A stretch of DNA of 64,000 nt, taken from Desulfatiglandales bacterium. GTDB taxonomy: Bacteria > Desulfobacterota > DSM-4660 > Desulfatiglandales > HGW-15. Under the pieces are notes generated by a model, which worked only from the letters and a program-made list of their open reading frames with translations, had not been told where the DNA came from and ran no database searches. This document shows positions 1 through 10,376 of this stretch, piece after piece (position 1 is the first letter of the stretch; each line of letters opens with the position of its first letter). The stretch covers positions 22,783 through 86,782 of the forward strand of contig JBMNCO010000101.1 in the NCBI GenBank assembly GCA_049366815.1. Direction: 5' to 3'. The position numbers and the translations under genes were made by a program.

Positions 1-38
1 TCTCCAATTTCTGATCCTCCCCGCGTGAACGCTGCTCT

Positions 39-989
39 TCAGTCCGAATCCTTGTCCCCATACCCGGTCCCGAGGCTCCCGACCAGATCCGTAATCTTTC
101 CGATTTGATGCGCCACGCAATAACCCCTCAGGCCCTCCAGGATGTCCAGACTGGCCCGGGGATTCACAAAATTGGCCGTCCCGATCTGGACCGATGTTGC
201 TCCGGCAATCAGGAACTCGAGGGCATCCCGGAAGGTCATGATCCCGCCCATACCGATGACCGGAATGCGGACCGTTTGGGCCACCTGATAGACCATGTGG
301 ACCGCGATGGGCCGGATGGCGGGGCCCGACAATCCCCCGGTACGGTTGGCCAATACGGGCCTTCGGGTCTCCACGTCAATAGCCATGCCCGTCAGGGTGT
401 TGATCAGTGAGACGGCGTGGGCCCCTGCGCTTTCCACAGCCCGGGCGATGACACGGATATCCGTCACGTTGGGAGAGAGTTTTACGATTACGGGCTTATC
501 CGTGTTCTTGAGGACCCTCTCCGTCACTCTCGCAGACGCGCCCGGGTCGATGCCGAAGGCCATGCCCCCCTGGGCCACGTTGGGGCAGGAGATATTGACC
601 TCAAGGGCGGATACGCCCTCCACACCCCTGAGGGCCGCCGCCAGTTCCCCGTATTCATCGATGTGGTGGCCGTATATATTCGCGATCACACGGGTGTCGA
701 GATAGCGAAACATCGGCAGTTTGTCCTTGATGAATTTTTCGATGCCCACATTGGCCAGGCCGATGGCGTTCAACATGCCGCAGGGGGTCTCCACGATCCG
801 GGGCGGCGGATTGCCGGCCCTCGGCTTCAATGAAAGGCCTTTCACGACGATGGCGCCCAATCGGTTGAGGTCGACGAGGGTTGCATACTCCTGGCCGTAA
901 CCGAAGGTCCCGGAAGCGGTCATCACAGGATTTTTCAGTTCCAGGGGGCCGATGCGTACCTTCAAATCGAGTTTTGGGGGGTTGGACAT
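39..989 (-). CDS. pyrD: dihydroorotate dehydrogenase class 1B, catalytic subunit
   Basis: From ORF 39..1088. Conserved sequence begins at an internal Met (MSNPPKLDLKVRIGPLELKNPVMTASGTFGYG). NISCPNV active-site loop is present. It lies 40 nt downstream of pyrK. The Arg-rich 33-aa N-extension overlaps pyrK and is discounted. Confidence 0.9.
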   Translation of the reverse strand: MSNPPKLDLKVRIGPLELKNPVMTASGTFGYGQEYATLVDLNRLGAIVVKGLSLKPRAGNPPPRIVETPCGMLNAIGLANVGIEKFIKDKLPMFRYLDTRVIANIYGHHIDEYGELAAALRGVEGVSALEVNISCPNVAQGGMAFGIDPGASARVTERVLKNTDKPVIVKLSPNVTDIRVIARAVESAGAHAVSLINTLTGMAIDVETRRPVLANRTGGLSGPAIRPIAVHMVYQVAQTVRIPVIGMGGIMTFRDALEFLIAGATSVQIGTANFVNPRASLDILEGLRGYCVAHQIGKITDLVGSLGTGYGDKDSD

Positions 990-1029
990 GTTCGATCTCA
1001 TTCGTGTATTTCTTATCTTTCGCGGTTTA

Positions 1030-1821
1030 TCAAAACCCGCCCCAATCGATCGCCGCAATCGGGAAGACCGGTCCGTCCTGGCATACATGGTAAAAGGGCC
1101 GATCCCCGCCGGGCGCCGCCGTCACGGCACATCCCTGGCACGCGCCCAGTCCACAAGCCATATGGGCCTCCAGGGAAACCTCACAGTGAAGGTCTTTTCC
1201 CTTAACCAGCTCCGCTATTTGGGCGAGCATGGCTTTGGGCCCGCAGGCGGAGATCCACGGCCCCTCCCCTTCCTCTCCCTGACGATCCAGGCACTCCTTT
1301 AACAGTTCGGTCACAAAACCTGCCCGCCCCCTGCTTCCGTCGTCCGTGGTCCAATCAATCAGGAAGGAGGGCTGTCCGATCTGTTCAGGCAGAAGGATTT
1401 CCGCCGCGGTTTGGAACCCGGCCAGGAAGGAAAATTTCCGGTCTCCCAGGGCCTGGGCCATGGCAAAGAGCGGCGCAACCCCTATCCCGCCACCGACCAG
1501 GATGATGTCGTGTTTCGGCCCCGGCATGTTGAACCCTCTGCCCAGAGGCCCCAGGACCGAAACCTCATCGCCTTCACGAAGCCCGGTCATCATCCGGGTC
1601 CCTACCCCCACCACCCTGTAAAGGATCAGGATGTCCTCTTGCCTCGTGCAGCATATGGAAAAGGGGCGCCTCAACAAGGGAGCCAGGCTGTTCCGAACCC
1701 GGAGCATCACGAATTGACCGGGTGCCGCCTGTCCGGCGATTTCCGGGGACCTCAAGGCCATCAGCCAGGTATGGGCATTGATTTGACGGTTCGATCTGAT
1801 TTCTGTCGTTTGTTCAATCAT
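1030..1821 (-). CDS. pyrK: dihydroorotate dehydrogenase electron-transfer subunit (FAD / 2Fe-2S)
   Basis: 263 aa. Ferredoxin-reductase-like fold motifs (RPFSI, GGGIGVAPL). C-terminal Cys cluster CGLGACQGCAV. Adjacent to pyrD. Confidence 0.85.
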   Translation of the reverse strand: MIEQTTEIRSNRQINAHTWLMALRSPEIAGQAAPGQFVMLRVRNSLAPLLRRPFSICCTRQEDILILYRVVGVGTRMMTGLREGDEVSVLGPLGRGFNMPGPKHDIILVGGGIGVAPLFAMAQALGDRKFSFLAGFQTAAEILLPEQIGQPSFLIDWTTDDGSRGRAGFVTELLKECLDRQGEEGEGPWISACGPKAMLAQIAELVKGKDLHCEVSLEAHMACGLGACQGCAVTAAPGGDRPFYHVCQDGPVFPIAAIDWGGF

Positions 1822-2015
1822 TTTTTTGGAGAAATTTTCTAAGGGCTAAATTCATACCGGATTTTCAATCACCCTGCGGAACCGTTGTGCACAATACTCT
1901 ATTTAAATCGGTTCTTGAAGAATTTTTTTGATTTTTGCCACGAATCACCCAGGCGCACCAGAAGTGATAAGAATACATCATATTTTCGGTCGACTCTGAT
2001 GCATGCTCCGGTTTT

Positions 2016-3143
2016 TCAGGGGATCTTGGCGTGATCATCCGCTATGCCATGTATCTCGCCGATATCGAGGATCAGAAATCGGGAGGGGTCGAGGCCGCGT
2101 TGAGCAATCGTTTTTTTCAATTGAAGGGCAGGATAGCCCACAGGCTCGTTTCCGAGGTGAAACGTTCCCCACTGGTGCGGAATCATAAACCGGGCCTTCA
2201 GGTCCTTGAAGGCCTCCAGGGTTTCAGCGATATCCATATGGGCCTGGTGCATGAACCACCTGGGATGAAAGGCCGTAGTGGGCAACAGGGCATAGTCGAT
2301 CCCGGGATATCGCATGCCGATTTCCTCGTATCCGACGAAGTATCCTGAATCACCCCCAAAAAAGACGGTCGTCTTCGGCGTAATCAGCATGTAGCCGGCC
2401 CAGAGGGTTTCATTGAATCCCTGCCCGATTCGCCTTGACCAGTGCTGGGCCGGCAGGCAGACCAGGGCCCTGCCCGCCCCCAAATCCACACGCTGCCACC
2501 AGTCCATCTGCGTCACATTATTCTTGTTCATGCCCTGGACATAGGCCTTGAGCCCCAGCGGGACGTATACGGGTGTATCCTCAGGCAAAGCGAGGAGACT
2601 CTTTTTGTCCAGGTGGTCGTAGTGGTTGTGGGAGATGATGACGTTGATCCCGGGCACGATTTCCAGGAGGTCCTCGAGACGAATCCCCGGCGGCGTCTTC
2701 CGCTTGGGCAGAAAGGCCCTTTCCGAAAACATGGGGTCCGTCAACCAGTACTCACCACCCAGGCGCATCAGAAAGGTGGCGTGCCCGACCCACATGATGA
2801 AGTCCCCCGCGGGCATCCCCAGTATTCTTTCCCTGGCGTTCCTGACGATGTCGGGTCTAAAATCCTTTTCCTCTTGGCTGTACTCCTGTGGGGAGGAAAA
2901 CCGCCATTTGAGAAACCTCAGGAATCCCTTTTCCTCCTGAGGCATCCAGGGATTAAAGAAGCGGCCGTCCTTGAAATGACCGGCGTAGAGCATGTCGCGA
3001 TCAGCGGATTTCACCCGGGTCCGCCAAGCCCCTTCATCAAAGGGTGGCGGCCGGTATAGGCAGGATGACAGGAGCATCAGCAGAACCGCCGAAATGAGGA
3101 CGGCAGATGGAATGACGGATTTTCTTTCTTCTCTTTTGCACAT
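2016..3143 (-). CDS. MBL-fold metallo-hydrolase, probable lipoprotein (NAPE-PLD-like)
   Basis: 375 aa. N-terminal signal with LLSSC lipobox-like site. HNHYDHLD metallo-beta-lactamase motif. Confidence 0.7.
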   Translation of the reverse strand: MCKREERKSVIPSAVLISAVLLMLLSSCLYRPPPFDEGAWRTRVKSADRDMLYAGHFKDGRFFNPWMPQEEKGFLRFLKWRFSSPQEYSQEEKDFRPDIVRNARERILGMPAGDFIMWVGHATFLMRLGGEYWLTDPMFSERAFLPKRKTPPGIRLEDLLEIVPGINVIISHNHYDHLDKKSLLALPEDTPVYVPLGLKAYVQGMNKNNVTQMDWWQRVDLGAGRALVCLPAQHWSRRIGQGFNETLWAGYMLITPKTTVFFGGDSGYFVGYEEIGMRYPGIDYALLPTTAFHPRWFMHQAHMDIAETLEAFKDLKARFMIPHQWGTFHLGNEPVGYPALQLKKTIAQRGLDPSRFLILDIGEIHGIADDHAKIP

Positions 3144-3462
3144 GGCTTCAGTACAGGATTTCGATGCGACGGGCCAGGTTCATGAGCAGCATAAAGGGAC
3201 CGACCATGGACTCCTGAAGATTTCCCGGATTACAAAGACCTCAGAGAGGTCATCAGAAAAAACAATTATACTGTTCTGAAATGGAATGCAACAGGCTTGA
3301 CGCGCATGCTCTTATTCCGCTATCTTAACCGGGAATGGAAATTCAAAAAAAATAAATTTATTCCTGACACTTAGCAAGGAACCTAAAAATTATCTGAATT
3401 GGACTGAAGCCCTCAAGAGGTATGAGTCCCTATTTTGGGATTGAATGTCATGAAGGATCGAG

Positions 3463-5130
3463 ATGGACGATAGGATATCGGCAGAAGAGGGACTCACCGA
3501 CTATGAGCGACTCTACCGGGAGTTCAAACTCGAGGTGCCGGGGTATTATAACTTCGGCTTCGATGTCATTGATAAGTGGGCGAATGACCGGACAAAACTG
3601 GCCCTTGTCTCCCTGGACCGATCCGCCCGGAAGGCCCACTTCCATACCTTTTATGAACTGAGTTATCTCTCAAACCGTTTTGTGAATGTCCTCATCTCCC
3701 TCGGCATCCGGAAGGGGGAGCGTGTGCTCGTCATCCTCGAGAGCATACCCGAGTGGTACATCGTCATGATCGGGATGTTCAAGGTGGGCGTAGTCCCCAT
3801 GCCGGGGACGGTCCTCTTGACGGCCAAGGACATTGAATACCGGATCAACCGGGCCGAGGCGACCATGGTGATAACGGACGTCAACCATATTGGACGCGTT
3901 GAAAGGATCCTGCAGAATTGCCCGACGGTGAGGCACCGGATGGTCGTAAACGGGGTCGTTCAGGACTGGCTGAACTATCAGGAGGAGATGGACAAATCCT
4001 CCGATTTCCTCCCGATGGACCAGATAGAGCCGACGAGGTCCGATGAGCCCATGCTCCTCTACTTCACCTCCGGCACATCCGGGCAGCCCAAGATGGTCCT
4101 CCACACCCACAGTTATGCCAAGGCCCATGAGATCACCGCCCGATTCGCCCAGGCATTGACCAGCAAGGATCTGCACTGGACCGTATCGGAGACCGGGTGG
4201 GCCAAGGCGGCCTGGGGGAAGCTCTTCGGTCAGATGCTCATCGGGACCGCCATCATCCAGTGGGAATCCCCCCAGCGATTCGACCCGGACGCCCTCCTGA
4301 GGGCCATGGAACGATACGGCGTGACCACTTTCTGCGCCCCCCCGACCGTCTATCGCATGCTCGTACAGCTGGACCTGAAGCAATACCGGTTGCGGCTCCG
4401 GCACTGCATGTCGGCAGGTGAACCCCTTAATCCTGAGATTATCAGGAAGTGGAAGGAGCATTTCAACCTGGATATATATGATTTCTACGGCCAGACGGAG
4501 ACGGTCTGTGTGCTGTCCAACTATCCTTTCATGCCGATCAAATACGGTTCCGTGGGGAAACCGACCCCCGGGCACGATGTGAGAATCCTGGATGACGACG
4601 GGAATGAGGCCCCCCCCAATGTGGAGGGGAATATCACCCTCAACCTGAAAAATCAGCGTCCCCCGGGGCTGATGAAGGAATACTGGAAAGACCCGGAGGC
4701 CATGGAGTCGGCCTTCAGGGACGACAGTTATTTCACCGGGGACCGTGCCTACAAGGACGAAGACGGGTATTTCTGGTTTGTCGGGCGCAACGATGATGTG
4801 ATCAAATCCTCCGGCTATCGGATCGGTCCCTTTGAAGTGGAATCCGCCCTGATCGCCCACCCGGCCGTTGTGGAGTGCGGCGTGGTGGCCGCCCCTGACC
4901 CCGAGGGGGTTCGAGGGAATGTTGTGAAGGCCTTCGTGGTTCTGGCCGAAGGGTATGAACCCTCCGCCGCCCTGACCAGGGAACTCCAGGAACATGTAAA
5001 AAATACGACAGCCCCCTACAAATACCCGCGGATCATCGAATACCTGGATGAGCTGCCCAAGACCATATCCGGTAAGATCCTCAGGAGGGAACTGAGGAAG
5101 GAGCGCGGGGGGGCAGGTTTCAGTCAATAA
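3463..5130 (+). CDS. AMP-forming acyl-CoA synthetase (medium-chain / aromatic-acid type)
   Basis: 555 aa. Adenylate-forming motif YFTSGTSGQPK, YGQTE, and the C-terminal SGKILRREL lysine motif. Confidence 0.85.
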   Translation: MDDRISAEEGLTDYERLYREFKLEVPGYYNFGFDVIDKWANDRTKLALVSLDRSARKAHFHTFYELSYLSNRFVNVLISLGIRKGERVLVILESIPEWYIVMIGMFKVGVVPMPGTVLLTAKDIEYRINRAEATMVITDVNHIGRVERILQNCPTVRHRMVVNGVVQDWLNYQEEMDKSSDFLPMDQIEPTRSDEPMLLYFTSGTSGQPKMVLHTHSYAKAHEITARFAQALTSKDLHWTVSETGWAKAAWGKLFGQMLIGTAIIQWESPQRFDPDALLRAMERYGVTTFCAPPTVYRMLVQLDLKQYRLRLRHCMSAGEPLNPEIIRKWKEHFNLDIYDFYGQTETVCVLSNYPFMPIKYGSVGKPTPGHDVRILDDDGNEAPPNVEGNITLNLKNQRPPGLMKEYWKDPEAMESAFRDDSYFTGDRAYKDEDGYFWFVGRNDDVIKSSGYRIGPFEVESALIAHPAVVECGVVAAPDPEGVRGNVVKAFVVLAEGYEPSAALTRELQEHVKNTTAPYKYPRIIEYLDELPKTISGKILRRELRKERGGAGFSQ

Positions 5131-5214
5131 CCCATCATATTGTCGGAGTGGAAATCTCCACGGGCCCGGCGGTGCCGGTTCAGGGTTTATATCCAGTACG
5201 CCTGAGGGGGTATA

Positions 5215-5910
5215 ATGAAAACGATCGGTATGCTCGGCGGAATGAGCTGGGAGTCGACCGCGAGCTATTACAAATTGATCAACGAGGGTGTCAGAGAAAG
5301 ACTTGGAGGTCTGCACTCCGCCAAGATCTGTATGTACAGTGTGGATTTTGAAGAAATCGAAAAATTGCAGCACAGGGGGAATTGGGGGGCTGCGGGGAAA
5401 ATTCTTTCCGATGCCGCGGGCGGAATTCAGGCGGGCGGGGCCGATTTTCTCATTATATGCACAAACACGATGCACAAGGTGGCATCCCAAATTGAAGAGG
5501 CCGTCTCTATCCCCATCCTCCACATAGCCGATGCCACAGCAGAAGAACTGATCGCCCGGGGCGTTCAATGCGTGGGTTTGCTCGGCACGAGCTTTACGAT
5601 GCAGCAGGAGTTTTACAAAGGCAGGATCGCTGAGAAATACGGCATAGAAGTCCTGGTGCCATCGGACGAACAACAACAAGTCGTTCATGATATCATCTAT
5701 TCGGAACTGTGCCGGGGTACGGTCCGTGACACATCCCGGGAGTACTACCTGCAAATCATACGAGTGCTTTCCCGGCAGGGCGTCGAAGCGATTGTTCTTG
5801 GCTGCACTGAAATCGGCTTGCTCGTTCAACAGCAACACACGTCCATACCCCTCTATGACACCACGAGCATCCATGCAAACAGGGCCGTGGAGATGGCCTT
5901 GTCCGACTGA
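5215..5910 (+). CDS. aspartate/glutamate racemase family protein
   Basis: 231 aa. The N-terminus MKTIGMLGGMSWEST and a second GCTE(I) Cys motif are typical of the Asp/Glu racemase family. Confidence 0.85.
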   Translation: MKTIGMLGGMSWESTASYYKLINEGVRERLGGLHSAKICMYSVDFEEIEKLQHRGNWGAAGKILSDAAGGIQAGGADFLIICTNTMHKVASQIEEAVSIPILHIADATAEELIARGVQCVGLLGTSFTMQQEFYKGRIAEKYGIEVLVPSDEQQQVVHDIIYSELCRGTVRDTSREYYLQIIRVLSRQGVEAIVLGCTEIGLLVQQQHTSIPLYDTTSIHANRAVEMALSD

Positions 5911-6108
5911 GGCGCGACCCCTCTGGACATTGGGGCTTTCTTTCCAGCGCAATGACCGAAAGACGCATCCGGGACCTGAGACAAGAAAGGTGCGATTGAC
6001 GTCCATTAGGTCGATGATCCTGCCTATGTGGGGATCGTCGAATTTGAGGTTGAAGACCGAATACATGGAGGGGGTTTCCCCCGATTAGGTTACAGGAGAT
6101 ACCAAAAA

Positions 6109-7284
6109 ATGGCCATTCCCATACTCATGATGGAGTTCAAGGGGTTCACGCAAATGGCGACCCAGATGGCTTATGATATGGACACTACAGGCATCACCCC
6201 GGAAAGGATACGGGGCTCGGGCCTGTCCATCGTCCGTGAAGTCGTCGAAGCCGCCAAAGAGGCGGCCGTACCGAGCAATTTTGCCCACATAGGAGGAGAC
6301 ACCTGGGCCTTCGAGTTCCGCCGGATCGAGGATGCGGTTATCTTTGGGCGGAGCCTCTTGAGAAACTTCCTGAAACTTGCCACGGAACAGGCCGTTTTTT
6401 TTCTCAAGCCCTCGATCGCATTGAATATGGGGCAACCGAAGTGGCAAGACGACCGGTTCCTTGATGACATCTCCATCCAAACTTACACGGTGGCGGACAA
6501 TGGGCGTCCCTTTCATTTCTACGTCCTGGGAAGGGCCGTTGAACCCGTAGAGAAGATCGAATGGGTCCGTTTCACCTCCACCGCTGATGACCGGCCTCAC
6601 GAAGGAGAAATGCGGATCTTGGACTGGCAGGCCATGACCCCCCCAATGGAAAAGGGAGAAGGCGTCTCCCGTCTTTTCTTACCTTCCCTCCTTCTCGATA
6701 ATGAAGTTTTCTATGCCAACACCCCGAAGGAAGCGGTTCAAAACATCATTCGGCACCAGTCAAGGGCCCACTCCGTTATTGTATTTGGGGGGCCCGTCCC
6801 CTACGACATCCCCATGTACCGCGAATACCTGCGCGCGACATTTGCCCTGTTGAGATCCGGGTGGCCCTGCCAATGGACCGTTTTTTCCTATCTTCCGGTA
6901 TACGAGGCCCGTTACAGCTTTGCGTGGCTCGAGATAGGCCGCTGGCTCTCCAAAACCTTTCCCCGCGCCTTCGCCTTCACAGCCTTTGTGATTCCAGAGG
7001 ATCAACCCAGGCCCTTTTCGTTTCATATTTACGATGATGAAATCATCCATATCGGCCTGCGTTCCTTTTCCCCGCAACGGGGGGCGCCCACAATGAATTC
7101 GGCCATTATGTTCCGGAACGGCCGCATTTCCTCCCTGTTCAAGGAAGAATTTCTGGAAAACTGGAGAAGGATCGGTCCCTTAAACCGGGAAATGCATAAA
7201 AATCTCCTCAGCCAATTCGCATGTCTCAGTGATAAAGAGAAAAACGTGATACAAAGTGCGGTCAAGGAGCTTCAGGATGAATGA
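6109..7284 (+). CDS. hypothetical protein with a degenerate class III nucleotidyl-cyclase-like N-terminal domain
   Basis: From ORF 6028..7284. The ATG at 6109 has an AGGAGA Shine-Dalgarno about 8 nt upstream. ILMMEFKGFTQ ... GGDTWAFEF ... LKPSIALNMGQ mirrors the cyclase-homology pattern, but the first metal Asp is replaced by Glu. The C-terminal half is unrecognised. Confidence 0.55.
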   Translation: MAIPILMMEFKGFTQMATQMAYDMDTTGITPERIRGSGLSIVREVVEAAKEAAVPSNFAHIGGDTWAFEFRRIEDAVIFGRSLLRNFLKLATEQAVFFLKPSIALNMGQPKWQDDRFLDDISIQTYTVADNGRPFHFYVLGRAVEPVEKIEWVRFTSTADDRPHEGEMRILDWQAMTPPMEKGEGVSRLFLPSLLLDNEVFYANTPKEAVQNIIRHQSRAHSVIVFGGPVPYDIPMYREYLRATFALLRSGWPCQWTVFSYLPVYEARYSFAWLEIGRWLSKTFPRAFAFTAFVIPEDQPRPFSFHIYDDEIIHIGLRSFSPQRGAPTMNSAIMFRNGRISSLFKEEFLENWRRIGPLNREMHKNLLSQFACLSDKEKNVIQSAVKELQDE

Positions 7285-7307
7285 TATGTTCGGGATCGTA
7301 GAGGCCG

Positions 7308-8447
7308 ATGTTTGACTATCAACAACATCATCGCTATTTTGCCCAGGTAGCCGGAGGAATGGAAGAACTCGGGGCCGAAGAGCTTTCCGAATTGGGAGCG
7401 CGTTCTGTTACTTCCGGCTACAGGGGGATCTATTTTGAAGCGGATCAGGCCACCCTGTACCGCGTGAACTACTGCGCCCGATTGATTGCAAGGGTCCTTG
7501 CGCCCCTGCTCTCCTTTCAGTGTCACAGCGACCGGTATCTGCATCAGAGGGCCATGGAGATCGACTGGCCCCTCTTTTTCAAGGGCGACTGTTCCTTTGC
7601 GGTTTCCGCCAACGTATCACAAAGCAAAATCAGGCATTCTCAATATGCGGCTCTGCGCCTGAAGGATGCCGTCGTGGATCGTTTCAGGGCCGAACACAAG
7701 AGCAGACCGAACATCGACAAGATCGAACCGGATATTCGGTTCAACCTGTACATTGAAAAAAATCGGGCCACCATCAGCCTCGATACCTCAGGGGATGCGC
7801 TTCATCGCAGGGGCTATCGGAAAGAGGCCGTGGAAGCCCCCATGCAGGAGACCTTGGCGGCGGCCGTCATCAGGCTTTCAACCTGGACTGGGTCGGAACC
7901 CCTGTATGACCCCATGTGCGGATCAGGCACGCTCCTCAGCGAGGCCCTGATGCAGGCCTGTCATATCCCGTCAGGTTATCTTCGAGAAAAGTTCGGGTTT
8001 GAACGGTTACCCGACTTTGATCAAAATCTCTGGAGAAAAGTCAAGAGAGAAGCAGGAGATAAAATGGGGCCGATCCCCTCCGGCATCATCTCAGGCAGTG
8101 ATCTCTCCAGATCGGCTGTCCGGGCTGCAGCCACGAATCTGGGGGCCCTCCCCTACGGAGACCACGTGAAATTGGAGGTCGCCTCCTTTCAGAAGATAGG
8201 CCACCTCGAAGACCGTGTCATCGTATGCAATCCGCCCTATGGCATCCGCATGGGGGACACGGACAAGGCCACGCGCTTGTACAGGGAATTCGGGGATTTT
8301 TTAAAACATCGATGCAAGGGCACAACGGCCTACATCTATTTTGGAAACAGGAAAACGATCGGTTTCATCGGCTTGAAACCCTCCTGGAAAAAACCCTTCT
8401 TGATCGGAGGCCTTGACGGAAGACTGGCAAAGTTCGAGCTATACTGA
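7308..8447 (+). CDS. THUMP-domain class I SAM-dependent RNA methyltransferase (RlmL/RlmK N-domain-like)
   Basis: 379 aa. Motif IV CNPPYGIRMG, SAM-binding DPMCGSGT, and N-terminal THUMP-like region. Confidence 0.85.
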   Translation: MFDYQQHHRYFAQVAGGMEELGAEELSELGARSVTSGYRGIYFEADQATLYRVNYCARLIARVLAPLLSFQCHSDRYLHQRAMEIDWPLFFKGDCSFAVSANVSQSKIRHSQYAALRLKDAVVDRFRAEHKSRPNIDKIEPDIRFNLYIEKNRATISLDTSGDALHRRGYRKEAVEAPMQETLAAAVIRLSTWTGSEPLYDPMCGSGTLLSEALMQACHIPSGYLREKFGFERLPDFDQNLWRKVKREAGDKMGPIPSGIISGSDLSRSAVRAAATNLGALPYGDHVKLEVASFQKIGHLEDRVIVCNPPYGIRMGDTDKATRLYREFGDFLKHRCKGTTAYIYFGNRKTIGFIGLKPSWKKPFLIGGLDGRLAKFELY

Positions 8448-8579
8448 TATTGTCCTTCCCGATAGGGATTACAGGTGTCCGGAACAGGATTTTGTCTTGG
8501 ACAAGATCCAATAAGGATATAAGATGTTTAATTCAACCAAGAACCCAACGGCAAATAGGCCGCTCACGATTAAAGAGAT

Positions 8580-10376
8580 ATGTCACAAATACGAAATTTC
8601 AGCATCATTGCCCATATTGACCACGGAAAATCCACCCTGGCCGACAGGCTTATCCAGTACGCCGGCCTGGTCACCGACAGGGAGTTCCGCAACCAGATTT
8701 TGGATACCATGGACCTCGAGCGGGAAAGAGGCATCACGATCAAGAGTCAGACCGTCACCCTTCCCTACACCGCCAAGAGTGGTGAGTCCTTTGCCCTCAA
8801 CCTCATCGACACGCCGGGCCACGTTGACTTTTCCTATGAGGTAAGTCGGGCCCTGGCCTCCTGTGAAGGGGTCCTGCTTCTGGTGGACGCCTCCCAGGGG
8901 GTTCAGGCCCAGACCCTGGCCAATCTCTATATGGCCATGGAACACGACCTGACGGTCATCCCGGTGATCAACAAAATCGACCTCCCATCCGCCGATATAG
9001 AACGCACGCGTGAACAAATCGAGACGGAGCTTGGACTGGACGGAGATCATGCCATCCTGTGTTCGGCCAAGGACGGCATCGGAATCGAAGAAGTCCTCGA
9101 GGCTGTTGTCCGGCATGTTCCGCCCCCGAAGGGTCAAAAGGAGGCCCCGCTGAGCGCCCTCATCTTCGATGCCCACTACGATCCTTTTCGAGGAACCATT
9201 ATCAGTTGTCGGCTGTTTGATGGCATGCTCAAGCCGGGAGACCTCATTCGATTCATGTCCAATGACGCCGTCTACAAGGTGGAGGAGGTGGGGGTGTTTC
9301 GCCTGAAAAGAGAACCACGCCCCTCACTTTCCGCCGGCGAGGTGGGCTATATCATTTCCGGGATCAAGACCGTGAGCGACACAAGTATCGGGGACACCAT
9401 CACCCTTGACGCCCGTCCCGTCCCCTCCCCTCTCCCGGGATTCAGGGAAGTCAAGTCCGTGGTCTTTTCATCCATTTACCCCATCGCCTCCGATGAATAC
9501 CTGGATCTGGCGGACGCCCTTGAAAAATACAAGCTTAATGACGCCGCCCTGACCTATCAGAAGGACTCTTCAATCGCCCTGGGTCAGGGTTTCCGATGCG
9601 GTTTTCTTGGTCTCCTTCATCTGGAGATCGTTCAGCAGAGGCTGGAGCGTGAATTCGGCCAGTCCTTTATCATGACCGTCCCGAGTGTCCAATACCGGTT
9701 CACACTCCAAAACGGCGAGACGGTGTCGGTCGACAACCCCCAGTATTATCCGGATCCCGTCGTCATATCGCGTTCGGCCGAACCCTACATCCGGGCCAGT
9801 ATCCTTATGCCCGAGCGTTACATGGGCACTGTGATGAGTTTATGTATGGAGCGCCGGGGCGTAAATTCACGCTTTACCTATCCCACGCCCGGACGTATCG
9901 AACTCACCATCGAGATGCCCCTGGCGGAGGTCATCGTAGATTTCTACGACAAGCTCAAGACCGTGACCCAGGGATATGGTTCCTTTGATTATGAGCTGAT
10001 CGACTATCGGGAAAGCGATCTCGTCAAGTTGGACATTCTCGTGAACACTGAAAAGGTGGATGCCCTTTCCCTGATCGTTCACAGGGATCGGGCCAGGGAG
10101 TGGAGTGTCAAGGCCTGTGACCGTCTCAAGAAGGAGATACCGAGGCACCAGTTCAAAATCGCCATCCAGGGGGCCGTCGGGGGGAAGATCATCTCCCGCG
10201 CCACCATCAGTCCCTTCAGAAAAGACGTTACAGCCAAGTGCTATGGGGGGGACATCACCCGAAAGCGCAAGCTCCTTGAAAAACAGAAAAAGGGCAAGAA
10301 GCAAATGAAAATGATAGGTTCGGTGATGATCCCCCAGAAGGCCTTTGTGGCCGTGTTGAAGTCGGACGATGAATGA
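8580..10376 (+). CDS. lepA: translation elongation factor 4
   Basis: 598 aa. G1 motif AHIDHGKSTLADRL, DTPGHVDF, NKIDL, and the LepA-specific C-terminal domain. Confidence 0.97.
   Translation: MSQIRNFSIIAHIDHGKSTLADRLIQYAGLVTDREFRNQILDTMDLERERGITIKSQTVTLPYTAKSGESFALNLIDTPGHVDFSYEVSRALASCEGVLLLVDASQGVQAQTLANLYMAMEHDLTVIPVINKIDLPSADIERTREQIETELGLDGDHAILCSAKDGIGIEEVLEAVVRHVPPPKGQKEAPLSALIFDAHYDPFRGTIISCRLFDGMLKPGDLIRFMSNDAVYKVEEVGVFRLKREPRPSLSAGEVGYIISGIKTVSDTSIGDTITLDARPVPSPLPGFREVKSVVFSSIYPIASDEYLDLADALEKYKLNDAALTYQKDSSIALGQGFRCGFLGLLHLEIVQQRLEREFGQSFIMTVPSVQYRFTLQNGETVSVDNPQYYPDPVVISRSAEPYIRASILMPERYMGTVMSLCMERRGVNSRFTYPTPGRIELTIEMPLAEVIVDFYDKLKTVTQGYGSFDYELIDYRESDLVKLDILVNTEKVDALSLIVHRDRAREWSVKACDRLKKEIPRHQFKIAIQGAVGGKIISRATISPFRKDVTAKCYGGDITRKRKLLEKQKKGKKQMKMIGSVMIPQKAFVAVLKSDDE

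Noticed and set aside
3670-6066. 798-aa ORF on the minus strand, spanning the acyl-CoA synthetase and racemase genes.
   Set aside because: It is antisense to two well-supported genes, has no recognisable motifs and shows low-complexity Gly/Pro/Arg/His-rich composition. This is a typical shadow ORF of GC-rich coding DNA. The same reasoning applies to 16181..17302, 17306..18214, 23702..24691, 32540..33646, 33683..34642, 49615..50709, 50830..51891, 59429..60475, 62583..63572 and 63214..63723.
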